From: Acaryochloris marina S15
GTDB lineage: Bacteria; Cyanobacteriota; Cyanobacteriia; Thermosynechococcales; Thermosynechococcaceae
Direction of reading: 5' to 3'
Length of the DNA: 32,000 nt
Assembly (NCBI RefSeq): GCF_018336915.1
Contig: NZ_CP064924.1
Span: 240,001 to 272,000, forward strand
A program made the position numbers and the translations under genes. The notes beneath the pieces were generated by a model. The model saw only the letters and a program-made list of their open reading frames with translations, did not search any database and had not been told where the DNA came from. This document shows positions 7,979 to 16,604 of the stretch, one piece after another (positions within the stretch are counted from its first letter, which is position 1; the number at the start of each line of letters is the position of its first letter).

Positions 7979-9217
7979 TTATAGGGCTGCTTTCAGCTTT
8001 TCCCAGGCAACGGGAAAGCGCTCGGGGAAAGACCTCAGAGCTTCTAATCCTTCCCGAGCAAAGTCCCAAGTTTGGGCTTCTTCACCAGCAACGCCATCGC
8101 CACTCCAAAAGTCTTGGCCTACTACGTTGAATACCTGAAATGAGTGAGCATTATAGAAATTGGCAGCTTTAGACTGGGCGAATTCAATTAAGACAAATTC
8201 ATCCCACCGGGCACAGGCATTTCTAGATTTCGCCCGCCATTCTCCATCGATCGGCCAAGGGGGCTTTTCGTCCATGCCACTCCAATACAGATTGTCATCT
8301 GCAATCCTTACGTCGATTTGGATCTGGGCAGCTATCCGAGTCGCAGGGTCTGGGGCAAGATCGTTCCACCATTGGCAGATAAGTTTGATGGCAGGGTGTT
8401 TTTCAGAGTCGTTGAAGTAGGTGGCCTGTTCAGGAACGATGAGTTCACGCGCTAGTCTGATGGCGTTATAGAAATCTGCTGCCAGAATCTCGCAACAGGC
8501 ATTGTTATGGTGTTCTTCTATATAAGTAGTGAACTGAGTAGCGGGTTCAATATCCCGCTCTAATGCCATGTCCTCAATCTGATCGCAAATCAGGTCTGAC
8601 CAAGCACAAGAATTCAGGTTTAGGGTCTGAAAATAAGCAAAACCAAAACCACATGATTCGTCCAATACATAGGGCTTGAATGATTCGTCACCCTTCGTAA
8701 AGCTCTCTTCTATATGATCTAGATCTAAAAAGCTGACAGCCCGTGCATTCGGATCATAAAAAGTGCTGGTCTGATCCATTGAAAAGACATGACCTTGCTG
8801 GGTGAGGTTGAAGTCCAGCTTAAATTGATGGTGAATAGTCATCAGACTGTGTTCACAATCAACCGGAAGCTGGATAAGCCATTCCAGTCTCAACCACTGA
8901 GGAAGGGTATCCATTTCCAGGGGAATAGACCAACCCATCTTTCTATCTGAAGTGCCAGCAACACACATAGTAATATTCGGATAGGGGCGTCGGATCACCA
9001 CTTTCTCTGGTAAGACGGAAAGGGCTTCCTTAGATCCGGGTAGGAATATTTCTACCTTGCTTAACCTGATGCTCTCCAAGCCAATATTATGAAAAGGATT
9101 GAAGAGCCTGGGGAGTATATGAAAGATAGGAGTATCACTATCCTTGTGCGAGATGGGCGTTCCATCTGCATTAACTAAAAGATGAGTATCGCCAATTTCT
9201 GCCATCGCAAATTGCAT
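7979..9217 (-). CDS. hypothetical protein (412 aa), no recognisable motif
   Basis: A long ORF co-directional with the transfer-like operon, with a 43-nt gap to the next gene and protein-like composition. I cannot assign a family. Confidence 0.65.
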   Translation of the reverse strand: MQFAMAEIGDTHLLVNADGTPISHKDSDTPIFHILPRLFNPFHNIGLESIRLSKVEIFLPGSKEALSVLPEKVVIRRPYPNITMCVAGTSDRKMGWSIPLEMDTLPQWLRLEWLIQLPVDCEHSLMTIHHQFKLDFNLTQQGHVFSMDQTSTFYDPNARAVSFLDLDHIEESFTKGDESFKPYVLDESCGFGFAYFQTLNLNSCAWSDLICDQIEDMALERDIEPATQFTTYIEEHHNNACCEILAADFYNAIRLARELIVPEQATYFNDSEKHPAIKLICQWWNDLAPDPATRIAAQIQIDVRIADDNLYWSGMDEKPPWPIDGEWRAKSRNACARWDEFVLIEFAQSKAANFYNAHSFQVFNVVGQDFWSGDGVAGEEAQTWDFAREGLEALRSFPERFPVAWEKLKAAL

Positions 9218-9305
9218 TCTTCAACTCCTGTGTGGCGTGAATGTTGAAAGATTGATTTAATCAAACTATTAGAGAAGAGGGCAGGTGCCCAAAATTCAGA
9301 GGCTA

Positions 9306-9737
9306 CTACGCAGCAGTAGTAGGCAAAGTTTGGGGTTGAAATAGTCTCTGTACTGGTGGCTTTTCAAGCAATTTACGTACAATTTGTTCTGCACCTTCTT
9401 TAGAAAGGTGGTGGTGTAGCATCTGAGCCTGAATATAGGGGCCTTGAAATAGACATCTGAAACGATCATCAGGGTGATATGCACTCTGCTTTAATCTAGA
9501 AGCAATATGTTCATCAATCTCTCGGCTTAACTGAGGATCATCACAACCAAGCTGATACAGGGCCTCATAGGTATCCAATGTTGTGATATCAGGTATAAAG
9601 CTCTGAGCGATGACCGCTAATTGTAGATAAATATCTAGGCAGTTCTCGTTAATCCCTGGAGAACTGGACTGGACATAGAGTTGAGTCCCTTGATCAGTAC
9701 CAAGGGGCTTACCCAATTCAGGGTTTGTGGATACCAT
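9306..9737 (-). CDS. hypothetical protein (143 aa), first gene of the minus-strand operon
   Basis: The ORF has plausible composition and is followed by co-directional genes. It lies downstream of a 520-bp AT-rich intergenic region. Confidence 0.55.
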   Translation of the reverse strand: MVSTNPELGKPLGTDQGTQLYVQSSSPGINENCLDIYLQLAVIAQSFIPDITTLDTYEALYQLGCDDPQLSREIDEHIASRLKQSAYHPDDRFRCLFQGPYIQAQMLHHHLSKEGAEQIVRKLLEKPPVQRLFQPQTLPTTAA

Positions 9738-9901
9738 AGTGATAACTCCTGTCAGGGAGCGAGAATCACGGCTTGATCGATGTGGTAATTGGACAGGCCG
9801 TGGTTTGCTATTTTAAGTGAAATATTTCTGTGCAATACAGAAACGAACAGGAATCCTGTCAGAGAATCCTGGTAAGAATCGATTTTTTAAAAACAGACAG
9901 T

Positions 9902-9929
9902 GCAAAGGCTAGACCTTTGCTGTTTTTTG
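9902..9929 (+). terminator. intrinsic-terminator-like hairpin (GCAAAGG-CTAGA-CCTTTGC followed by TGTTTTTTG)
   Basis: A perfect 7-bp stem, a 5-nt loop and a T-run are seen directly. No annotated plus-strand gene ends here, so it may terminate a small RNA or act weakly for the minus-strand rep gene. Confidence 0.35.
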
Positions 9930-10265
9930 TGGGCAATAGTGGAAATAGAAAACTAAAAAATTTGGACGGGTGAATAATCACTTATTTCACTTGGGGTCAC
10001 CATAACGGCAAACACGGATTCACGTCAAAATAATTGTTGCAATCTGTAAAGACAGCTCGAAAGCAGCTACACCGACAACACTAGTTCAATCACCCTATTT
10101 CTTTCAATACCTAGCTTTCAGCCATTATTCACCCAAGGTTCAAACGACTTAAATTTGTGTAACGGAAGGTGCCGTAACCGACTTTTAGCTGATATGGATA
10201 CTGTTGCTCTTGCCCAAGATTTGTTCAAAGGCCAAATCGTTTTTCTTAAGAAAAAAACCAGAATT

Positions 10266-12362
10266 TTAGTCACCTCGTTCACTTTCGATATCCATAGAGA
10301 TTCCAAACATTCTATTCATCGATTTCAAGGTGAACACGGCAGCTATTTCTGCATAGGGTTGCCACTGTTCTTCTGTCAGTACCCAATACTCCCCATCTCT
10401 CCAGGAGTAGTCAGTGACTAGCCTGCATCGTTGAGCTGCTCGATACCAAGTATCAAATTCTTGTTGTTCACTTTGACGTACAATCCTTTCCTGTGTGGGT
10501 TCTTGAGTCTCAAGCAGTTTCAAGGGAAGCTGTTCTAAGTTCAGGTTTTGTGGGGATGGTTCTGGGACCAAACTCACAGGTTCAACTGGGGATTGCCTTC
10601 TTTGTTTCTTCCTCTGCTGGCGCAGCTGTACCACTTCCTGTTGTCGTCGCTGTTGCTGCTTGGCTTTGCCGATTTTGTTTTGCAAACCCGGTGGCAAAGA
10701 GAGTTTCAACTGATCCCAATTTTGAATGGGAACGACCTTAGAATTTCCCCCCAAACCCCCCTGATCTGGGACTTCGGAATCTGTAAGCGCCACTTTCGCC
10801 ACCCTTTGGCCTTTGAGGGCCAGGGTGACGGTGGCTTGGATCTTCATCGTTATCATTACAAACCCTACATTTATATAGAGTTGTAAAAGATCCTTTAATA
10901 TCAGTAGTTCCAGCTTTCGCTGGTTTATAAGGTGATGATTGTTTGACCCTTGTTGTGTAATTTCCCCTTCCTGCATGGGTTCTGGGGATTTCTGAGGAGT
11001 TTCTTCAACTAGATGATGTGGATGCCATAATTCCTTGTTTGACCGTCTGTATAAGGTTTTCTGGCTACAGTGGGCTAGTTTTGAGATGGCTTGGGCACGA
11101 GCAGTAATTCCAGGGGGGAATTTATCGACTCGCTTCAGTTCTAAGACTGCGTTCTTGATCCGGGTCTGGGCAGCTTCTCGTTTGCTTTGGTGGTACCCGA
11201 AGTCTGCTGGGGCTTCTTGCTTATCGTGGTATTTGGCTTCTCTACATGGGGCTGTGCCGGTGGGCCAGTAATACCGCATGGCCCAGATCGCTACTTCATG
11301 ACTTCTTCTATCTATCTCATGCTGGTGGCGGCAATGCTCATAGAAGCCGGGGGTGTTCTGGGCGGTTTGGCATACGTATTCTGCGATTTGTTCTGCAGAG
11401 TCCATGCCCATAAATACGCGAGCTTCGCAGGCGAGGATCTTGAGTTTCTCGTTGGTTTGGCCTGGGCCTGTCCAGCCTTGGGTTTTCTCTTCATGGATCC
11501 GCTCTTGCCAGGTGGCAAGGGAGCTGGCATGGCCTGATTTACGGACTTTGAAGTTCTGTTGTGCATCTGAGATCGCATGATGGAGACGCCCCATGTCCTG
11601 GCCATCGGCGCATAGCTCGAAGGCGTCAAGCCAATGTTCCAGGGACCAGGGTAGAGGATTTAGATCGGCATCGAGGGGATGGAAACCACTTCCAGGCTGC
11701 ATGGGGAGTCGGAAGGCGGCAAAGAGACTAAATCCTTTGCCTTTGGGTACGTAGCGTTTGGGGTTGGGGTAGAGTTCGCACTGCCCCCCATAGAACTTGA
11801 TGCCAATGGCTTCTAGGTTGAGCTTGATACAGTTGCTCAGCCAAAAGCTGCTGACGGTTTCAGGGAGGGGGAGGTATAGATGGAGTCCACTACTGTGGCT
11901 ACTTTGGCAAAGGAGTGAGCGGCAAATACCAATGTCTTCTAGGGCATGGCGTATCTGAGGTAGCCACTGGGGATCGCTCGATGAGTGATAGCGACTGTCT
12001 TTGTCGATGTCGAGGACGAGCCAACGGGTTTGGGCACTGGGCCTAACTCCGATCAGGCACTCAGGGTCTTGGTGGTGACTCCACATCTCCACGGGGGAGA
12101 GGGGGAATTTTTTGATAGTTGCCCAATCGACTGGATCTCCTGGCTCTGGGGCCGAGGCAAAGATCCAGTCCCAACCGTTGGGGAAAAGGGTAGCCAAATG
12201 CTTACCCACTGGATCAGCTGGTAAAGGGTCTTGTGTGCGTCGATGAGGTACACGAGATCTATCCTCGTGGTCATAAAATGCGGATTCCGCGTTCACGATG
12301 ATCTCCCTATGAATTGTCCAGATAGGGAGGTCACTGTAAATGGCCCAAAAACTTGCCAACAC
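10266..12362 (-). CDS. plasmid replication protein with archaeo-eukaryotic primase / prim-pol-like motifs
   Basis: The DxD-type motif is RWLVLDIDKD, the SGxH-type motif is SSGLHLYLPLP, and a later acidic strand is GGQCELYPNP. A Q/R/K-rich low-complexity linker (QQQRRQQEVVQLRQQRKKQRRQ) precedes a small C-terminal domain. The start faces the iteron array 217 bp away. Confidence 0.6.
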   Translation of the reverse strand: MLASFWAIYSDLPIWTIHREIIVNAESAFYDHEDRSRVPHRRTQDPLPADPVGKHLATLFPNGWDWIFASAPEPGDPVDWATIKKFPLSPVEMWSHHQDPECLIGVRPSAQTRWLVLDIDKDSRYHSSSDPQWLPQIRHALEDIGICRSLLCQSSHSSGLHLYLPLPETVSSFWLSNCIKLNLEAIGIKFYGGQCELYPNPKRYVPKGKGFSLFAAFRLPMQPGSGFHPLDADLNPLPWSLEHWLDAFELCADGQDMGRLHHAISDAQQNFKVRKSGHASSLATWQERIHEEKTQGWTGPGQTNEKLKILACEARVFMGMDSAEQIAEYVCQTAQNTPGFYEHCRHQHEIDRRSHEVAIWAMRYYWPTGTAPCREAKYHDKQEAPADFGYHQSKREAAQTRIKNAVLELKRVDKFPPGITARAQAISKLAHCSQKTLYRRSNKELWHPHHLVEETPQKSPEPMQEGEITQQGSNNHHLINQRKLELLILKDLLQLYINVGFVMITMKIQATVTLALKGQRVAKVALTDSEVPDQGGLGGNSKVVPIQNWDQLKLSLPPGLQNKIGKAKQQQRRQQEVVQLRQQRKKQRRQSPVEPVSLVPEPSPQNLNLEQLPLKLLETQEPTQERIVRQSEQQEFDTWYRAAQRCRLVTDYSWRDGEYWVLTEEQWQPYAEIAAVFTLKSMNRMFGISMDIESERGD

Positions 12363-12369
12363 AAGCTTT

Positions 12370-12391
12370 AGTGCTTTAAAATGTAAGCACT
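12370..12391. promoter_or_regulatory. inverted repeat AGTGCTT-N8-AAGCACT just upstream of the rep start (candidate operator)
   Basis: Perfect 7-bp arms sit at 12370-12376 and 12385-12391, extendable imperfectly to 12363-12399. The repeat lies 8 nt from the rep start codon. Confidence 0.35.
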
Positions 12392-12578
12392 ACTAAGCTC
12401 GGAAACTAAAGACTGTCGTCAAACAATTTCTTCGGTTTCCATCCCTATCAAATTGATATGCCTTACCCCCTCTCTGCCAAGTGGGGGTTTGTCATTTTAT
12501 GGGTCCATATTCTTATCCTCATAACTTTGAAGGGAGAGTAACATTATCAAAGTGAGTAAACAATAGGTGTTTTTGTCA

Positions 12579-12894
12579 TATACGCCGGAGTTGCAGGTGG
12601 TTTTATACGCCGGAGTTGCAGGTAGTTTTATACGCCGGAGTTGCAGGTGAATCATCTCTCTATACGCCGGAGTTGCAGGTAGTTTTATACGCCGGAGTTG
12701 CAGGTCAACCTCTAGATATCTTTTTTATAAAGAGTTTGATAACAGCAGTCATTAAATTTATACGCCGGAGTTGCAGGTGGTTTTATACGCCGGAGTTGCA
12801 GGTGAATCATCTCTCTATACGCCGGAGTTGCAGGTAGTTTTATACGCCGGAGTTGCAGGTGAATCCTTCAAATTCATACGCCGGAGTTGCAGGT
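12579..12894. repeat. iteron array / candidate vegetative origin: ten direct copies of TATACGCCGGAGTTGCAGGT
   Basis: Copies start at 12579, 12604, 12629, 12661, 12686 | 12759, 12784, 12816, 12841, 12875 (the last begins with C instead of T). Centre-to-centre spacing is 25, 25, 32, 25 | 25, 32, 25, 34 bp. The two five-copy clusters are separated by a 53-bp AT-rich spacer (12706-12758). Confidence 0.85.
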
Positions 12895-12987
12895 CATTGT
12901 AAAGAAAAATTTCCTCCGATAATAATGGTAATCACATTAAGTTAACCCTGTTAAGATTTACAGGATTCTGAGATCAGGTGAGAAGTT

Positions 12988-14073
12988 GTGGTCGACAAAC
13001 AATCTCTAGAGAAATTCCCAGTAGATGGAACCTTACTCCAGGTCATGCCCAGAGCTGGAGCGTCTTTGAAAAATCCTGATGTTTCTCTTCCCATTCTTAG
13101 ATCCGATAGTAATGGTTACTTTATTGAAATGCAAGTTGAATCAACTTCTGAGGAGGAGTCGGAAGTTGCACTAACTAGGCGAATTCCATTAGAAAATCTC
13201 ACTTCAGAAGAATGGGAAGACTTACAACATCAGTACGACCTCGCTGACTTTCAGTCATGTCTCAAGGAAGGCCTCAGCAAAGGGGTCGAGAAGATACAAG
13301 ATCGAAAAGTGCAAAGACTCTTACTTGCTTTGCTCTCATTTTTGAATCCACGTCAAGTTGCCATTGTTTTGTATCTGTATAAAGCTGCCTCTGAACAGAA
13401 CAACGGTCCTCGAGTCAGTTTTAGATCCAATGAATTACTCGAAAGCCTGGGATACAAGCGAACACCCGATGGTGGTTTTTCCTCAAAATTAAGATCCCAG
13501 TTAAATTGTGATCTAGTAGCACTGCATCGCACTGAACTCGTTTTTGCTAAGTCCTTACGGAAAGGGAAAAACATTGGTGCGAAAGTTATGATCAAGAACA
13601 TCCTGCGCATCAATGATTACGAAATTGATAACACCCCTCGTAACTTCGATCTCGCTACTGCAGCGGACTATACTTCTGGCCTTGCGGATGCCTACACCAT
13701 CACGCTTGAATTCTATGACTCATCAACTAAGCAGGGAGATTATGTACTTTTTCCAAACAGCTTGGATTTGAGTCAGAAGTTGGGTAGCAATGCCAAAAAT
13801 AATTACAAATCTAAACTACTGATGTATCTCGTTAGTAGGATGAAATGGGACAAATTAGAAGATGGTAATTACCTATATATTTCAAAGCAGTGTCTTTTTA
13901 AGAACCTTGAGTTGCTAGGTAGCAATGCTTCACGCAACAATCAGATCTTCTGGCGTACTATTGAGGAGCTGAAGCAAGGGGGGTATATTTTAGAAGCGAT
14001 GGAACTACCCGCACAGAAGAGAAATGTTACCATCCAACTAAAAATCAATCCTGAATTGATCTCTAACTGTTGA
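12988..14073 (+). CDS. putative iteron-binding replication initiator (RepA/Rep_3-like winged-helix protein)
   Basis: The GTG start lies 94 bp after the last iteron. The size (361 aa), the position and segments such as VSFRSNELLESLGYKRTPDGGFSSKLRSQLNCDLVALHRTELVF fit the layout of plasmid initiators. Family assignment is from gestalt only. Confidence 0.5.
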   Translation: MVDKQSLEKFPVDGTLLQVMPRAGASLKNPDVSLPILRSDSNGYFIEMQVESTSEEESEVALTRRIPLENLTSEEWEDLQHQYDLADFQSCLKEGLSKGVEKIQDRKVQRLLLALLSFLNPRQVAIVLYLYKAASEQNNGPRVSFRSNELLESLGYKRTPDGGFSSKLRSQLNCDLVALHRTELVFAKSLRKGKNIGAKVMIKNILRINDYEIDNTPRNFDLATAADYTSGLADAYTITLEFYDSSTKQGDYVLFPNSLDLSQKLGSNAKNNYKSKLLMYLVSRMKWDKLEDGNYLYISKQCLFKNLELLGSNASRNNQIFWRTIEELKQGGYILEAMELPAQKRNVTIQLKINPELISNC

Positions 14074-14101
14074 AGGGATGCTTTCCCGAAATCGAACATC
14101 A

Positions 14102-14257
14102 ATGAATAACCCTTTTAGCTTTCCTGTTTATAGTCACTGTCCAAGCTGTCACGGAAGCGGAACAGATTATTATGTTGTCGATAAGAGTATATTAATTGGG
14201 CATATTTGTAAGAATTCACAGGCTTGTAGCACTTTGGCTTTGAGGCTAGCACAATGA
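14102..14257 (+). CDS. possible 51-aa zinc-ribbon protein (below the track size cutoff)
   Basis: Own translation: MNNPFSFPVYSHCPSCHGSGTDYYVVDKSILIGHICKNSQACSTLALRLAQ*. It has CxxC ... CxxxxxC spacing. A 15-bp perfect inverted repeat (14153-14167 / 14257-14271) spans it, so the region could instead be structural RNA or DNA. Confidence 0.25.
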   Translation: MNNPFSFPVYSHCPSCHGSGTDYYVVDKSILIGHICKNSQACSTLALRLAQ

Positions 14258-14312
14258 TCTGTTCCGCTTCCAGTACCTGCTGGGTCAGGTAGAAATTGAT
14301 AGCGACTTTTTG

Positions 14313-14563
14313 ATGCTATGTCACGTCTATATCGGTTTTTTTCAAAGGGTTTATAGTCGTAAATCTTTAGAAATATTCTGTATCCCTTTCGGTTCTAAGA
14401 CCTAAGTTTTTTATCTGGTTAATATAAATATCCTAAATGCTAGGTCAAAAGCTAGGTCTGACTCTGGAATCTTAAAAATACTGAAGATTGTAGAAAAATA
14501 AAAAGCTATGTCAATGCTATGTCATGAGGATTTATTTTGAAATGCTAGGTCAAAAGCTAGGTC
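14313..14563 (+). repeat. array A of (A)(T/A)GCTA(G/T)GTC motifs downstream of the ParB-like genes (candidate centromere/operator sites)
   Basis: Seven same-orientation copies sit at 14313, 14437, 14450, 14504, 14514, 14542 and 14555. The 24-nt unit AATGCTAGGTCAAAAGCTAGGTCT occurs twice (14436-14459 and 14541-14564). Confidence 0.6.
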
Positions 14564-14579
14564 TTGGTCCAACAAAAAC

Positions 14580-15674
14580 CTATAACTTCTTAAACGGCTG
14601 ATTGGTAACAGACCATGCAATGAGGGCATCCGAGCAACGCAAGGGATCAGGTTCAGCACAGTAACAGGGGCATTCCAGTTCATCTATCAAGATAAAAAGA
14701 GATGGATCGATCAGGTTAATCATAACTACAGGATCGTTTGCATCTGTTGTCCCAGACAAGCAGTTTTCTGTAATCGCTCTTAATGTCTCTAGGTGAAAGT
14801 CCTCTCCATGCGATGTATAAAAAGACAAGGCATTCATAGCATTTTCAGGAATTGCAGGAGGCCATTGATCTCGTGATTCTAAAAAGACTAAAAACACTCC
14901 AATCTCAGGAGGCAAGAGTTTTTGAAATTTCATAGAAGGAGGATCGCCACAAAATAAATAATGTGACTTGCCAAGCTTCCAGACATCACCTTTGTTAACT
15001 TTCCCAGGTTGAGTTTCAGCGATTTTTGGAGTAGCTGTTTTCTTCTTTGTGCGTTTTCGTTTAGGTATTTTTCCCTCTTCCGACTGTGGTCTGTTTCGGA
15101 TATTTGTTGTGTCCATCTCAAAAGTAGTGCCGCCTCTAATAGCCATTCGGGTATTAGGATCTATCTCATCTAGTCCATCACTATCTATCTGAGAATAGGT
15201 AGCAGACAACTCGCGTCTTACCGTTCCAACAAATTTACCGCTTACTCCGCAACGTCTTCCAATCTCTCGGTCACTCCACTTTTTCCATTCACGGTCGCGC
15301 ACCAGTCTATTAACAGCACGTCTTTTATCTGCGTTCGTTCTTCTTAGGCCATGTGCTGCATTGGCCCCTACTGAGTGCAGAACGGCATCTCGCAGTTCTC
15401 CGGGAAAGACTTCCGCAGAAATTTCCTTCTCGTCAATGGCTTCTTTAGCCCGGACCCTATGAAATCCATCAGCTAACCAATAGTCCTTACCGTCATAGTA
15501 AATTACGACTGGGGGAAAAGTAGCTCCTTGCTTCATGTCCTCGGCATAGTCAGCTACCACCTCTTCGTAGAGCTTTGAGCGAGGCTGAGTTCCGCCATCC
15601 ATGCGAATTTTAGCTATCTCAATTGATTCGATAGAAGATTCTGAGGATTCGCTCAGCGGCTTTGGAGAAGGCAT
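14580..15674 (-). CDS. ParB/Srx-domain DNA-binding protein with a truncated methyltransferase-like C-terminus
   Basis: The ParB N-terminal domain reads IRMDGGTQPR...FPPVVIYYDGKDYWLADGFHRVRA...GANAAHGLRRTNADKRRAV...WSDREIGRRCGVS. A K/R-rich linker follows, then GDVWKLGKSHYLFCGD, which is the usual entry to ParB-fused N4/N6 methyltransferases. Only ~110 aa follow, with DQWPP where DPPY is expected. Confidence 0.75.
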   Translation of the reverse strand: MPSPKPLSESSESSIESIEIAKIRMDGGTQPRSKLYEEVVADYAEDMKQGATFPPVVIYYDGKDYWLADGFHRVRAKEAIDEKEISAEVFPGELRDAVLHSVGANAAHGLRRTNADKRRAVNRLVRDREWKKWSDREIGRRCGVSGKFVGTVRRELSATYSQIDSDGLDEIDPNTRMAIRGGTTFEMDTTNIRNRPQSEEGKIPKRKRTKKKTATPKIAETQPGKVNKGDVWKLGKSHYLFCGDPPSMKFQKLLPPEIGVFLVFLESRDQWPPAIPENAMNALSFYTSHGEDFHLETLRAITENCLSGTTDANDPVVMINLIDPSLFILIDELECPCYCAEPDPLRCSDALIAWSVTNQPFKKL

Positions 15675-15783
15675 TCAAGTCCTAGCGGTAGATGACAACA
15701 TACCGTCATAAAAGCATCAAAGCCAATTAGCAACAAGCAATCCAGAAAATTACAATTATTGTATGAAGTTGCGTAAAGCACTA

Positions 15784-16476
15784 TCAATTCACAGATGATT
15801 GTTGATTGATACGGTTATCAATCAACATATCAACCCATATCTTTAAAAAATAATCTGAGATTAACGGCCCAAAGGTGGTTGAGTCCATGTTGAGGGCAGA
15901 TACTAAGTCAAAATTCTTGGCTACCAATGGTTTTACATTGCTCTGTGGTTTCCCAATCTTATTCATCGCAACCACCATATTGTAGAGATCGGTCACTCTC
16001 TGCTCTCTTGACATATGCACATGGTTTGCATGGGTTCCACAATGAATAGCGATTTCTTCATCACTCCATTTTTGCCAGACTGGATGACCAATGAGTTTAA
16101 AGACATTCCTATCTAAATCAGCCTGTGTGAGCTTCAACTCACTTTCTGTACTGGCTTCCATAGCGTATAACACTGCATCTTGCTGATTCCCTTGCCAGAC
16201 ATCAGCCAAAATTTCTAATTCACCTATGGCTTTCTTGGCATGAAATCGATGAAAACCATCTACCAGCCAGCGTTTTGACCCATTGTAGAAAACGATTACA
16301 GGTGGAAATTTATCTCCTTGGCACATGGCTTCTGCATATTCTTCAACCACATGACTATGCACCTGGCAGCGTGGTTGGACCTCTTCATCAAGCGTGATCA
16401 AAGACAGTCTAATTATTTCCAAGTCCTGAAAACCATTGCTTGATAAGTCTCTCTTCATCCACAACTCCAAGGGCAA
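15784..16476 (-). CDS. ParB/Srx-domain protein, shorter paralog of 14580..15674
   Basis: It aligns by eye to the neighbour: ITLDEEVQPR...FPPVIVFYNGSKRWLVDGFHRFHA...WSDEEIAIHCG. The GANxxHG box is degenerate (MEASTESE). Confidence 0.75.
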   Translation of the reverse strand: MPLELWMKRDLSSNGFQDLEIIRLSLITLDEEVQPRCQVHSHVVEEYAEAMCQGDKFPPVIVFYNGSKRWLVDGFHRFHAKKAIGELEILADVWQGNQQDAVLYAMEASTESELKLTQADLDRNVFKLIGHPVWQKWSDEEIAIHCGTHANHVHMSREQRVTDLYNMVVAMNKIGKPQSNVKPLVAKNFDLVSALNMDSTTFGPLISDYFLKIWVDMLIDNRINQQSSVN

Positions 16477-16604
16477 AGGAAAATCTGGGAGAATTCACAA
16501 AATACTCCGTTTTTCTATCAAAGCACAGCAGTTGAAAGTTCCATATACCCACATAGCATTTATTTACAGTTAAGGAATATTTGACTATGCGGTGGCCTAA
16601 AGAA

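Noticed and set aside
10240-10255. 16-nt perfect palindrome TTTTTCTTAAGAAAAA as the rep terminator
   Set aside because: The stem is almost entirely A/T (a single G-C pair), so it is thermodynamically weak. It could equally be a chance feature of an AT-rich region.
12513-12521. DnaA box TTATCCTCA
   Set aside because: It is a single copy with one mismatch to the E. coli consensus, which is easily expected by chance. It is mentioned only as context for the origin.
12579-12894. Regularly spaced 20-bp repeats as a possible CRISPR array, and the 73-aa ORF 12616..12837
   Set aside because: The spacers are only 5-14 nt (plus one of 53 nt) and are themselves repeated. There are no cas genes, and the position between two rep genes fits iterons. 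The ORF is just the repeats read in frame.
14580-16476. Standard type I parABS partition system
   Set aside because: No Walker-type ParA gene is adjacent. The repeated motif is a direct repeat, not a palindromic parS. The ParB-fold proteins look like the methyltransferase-associated or Srx-like subgroup. It is therefore reported as a non-standard candidate instead.
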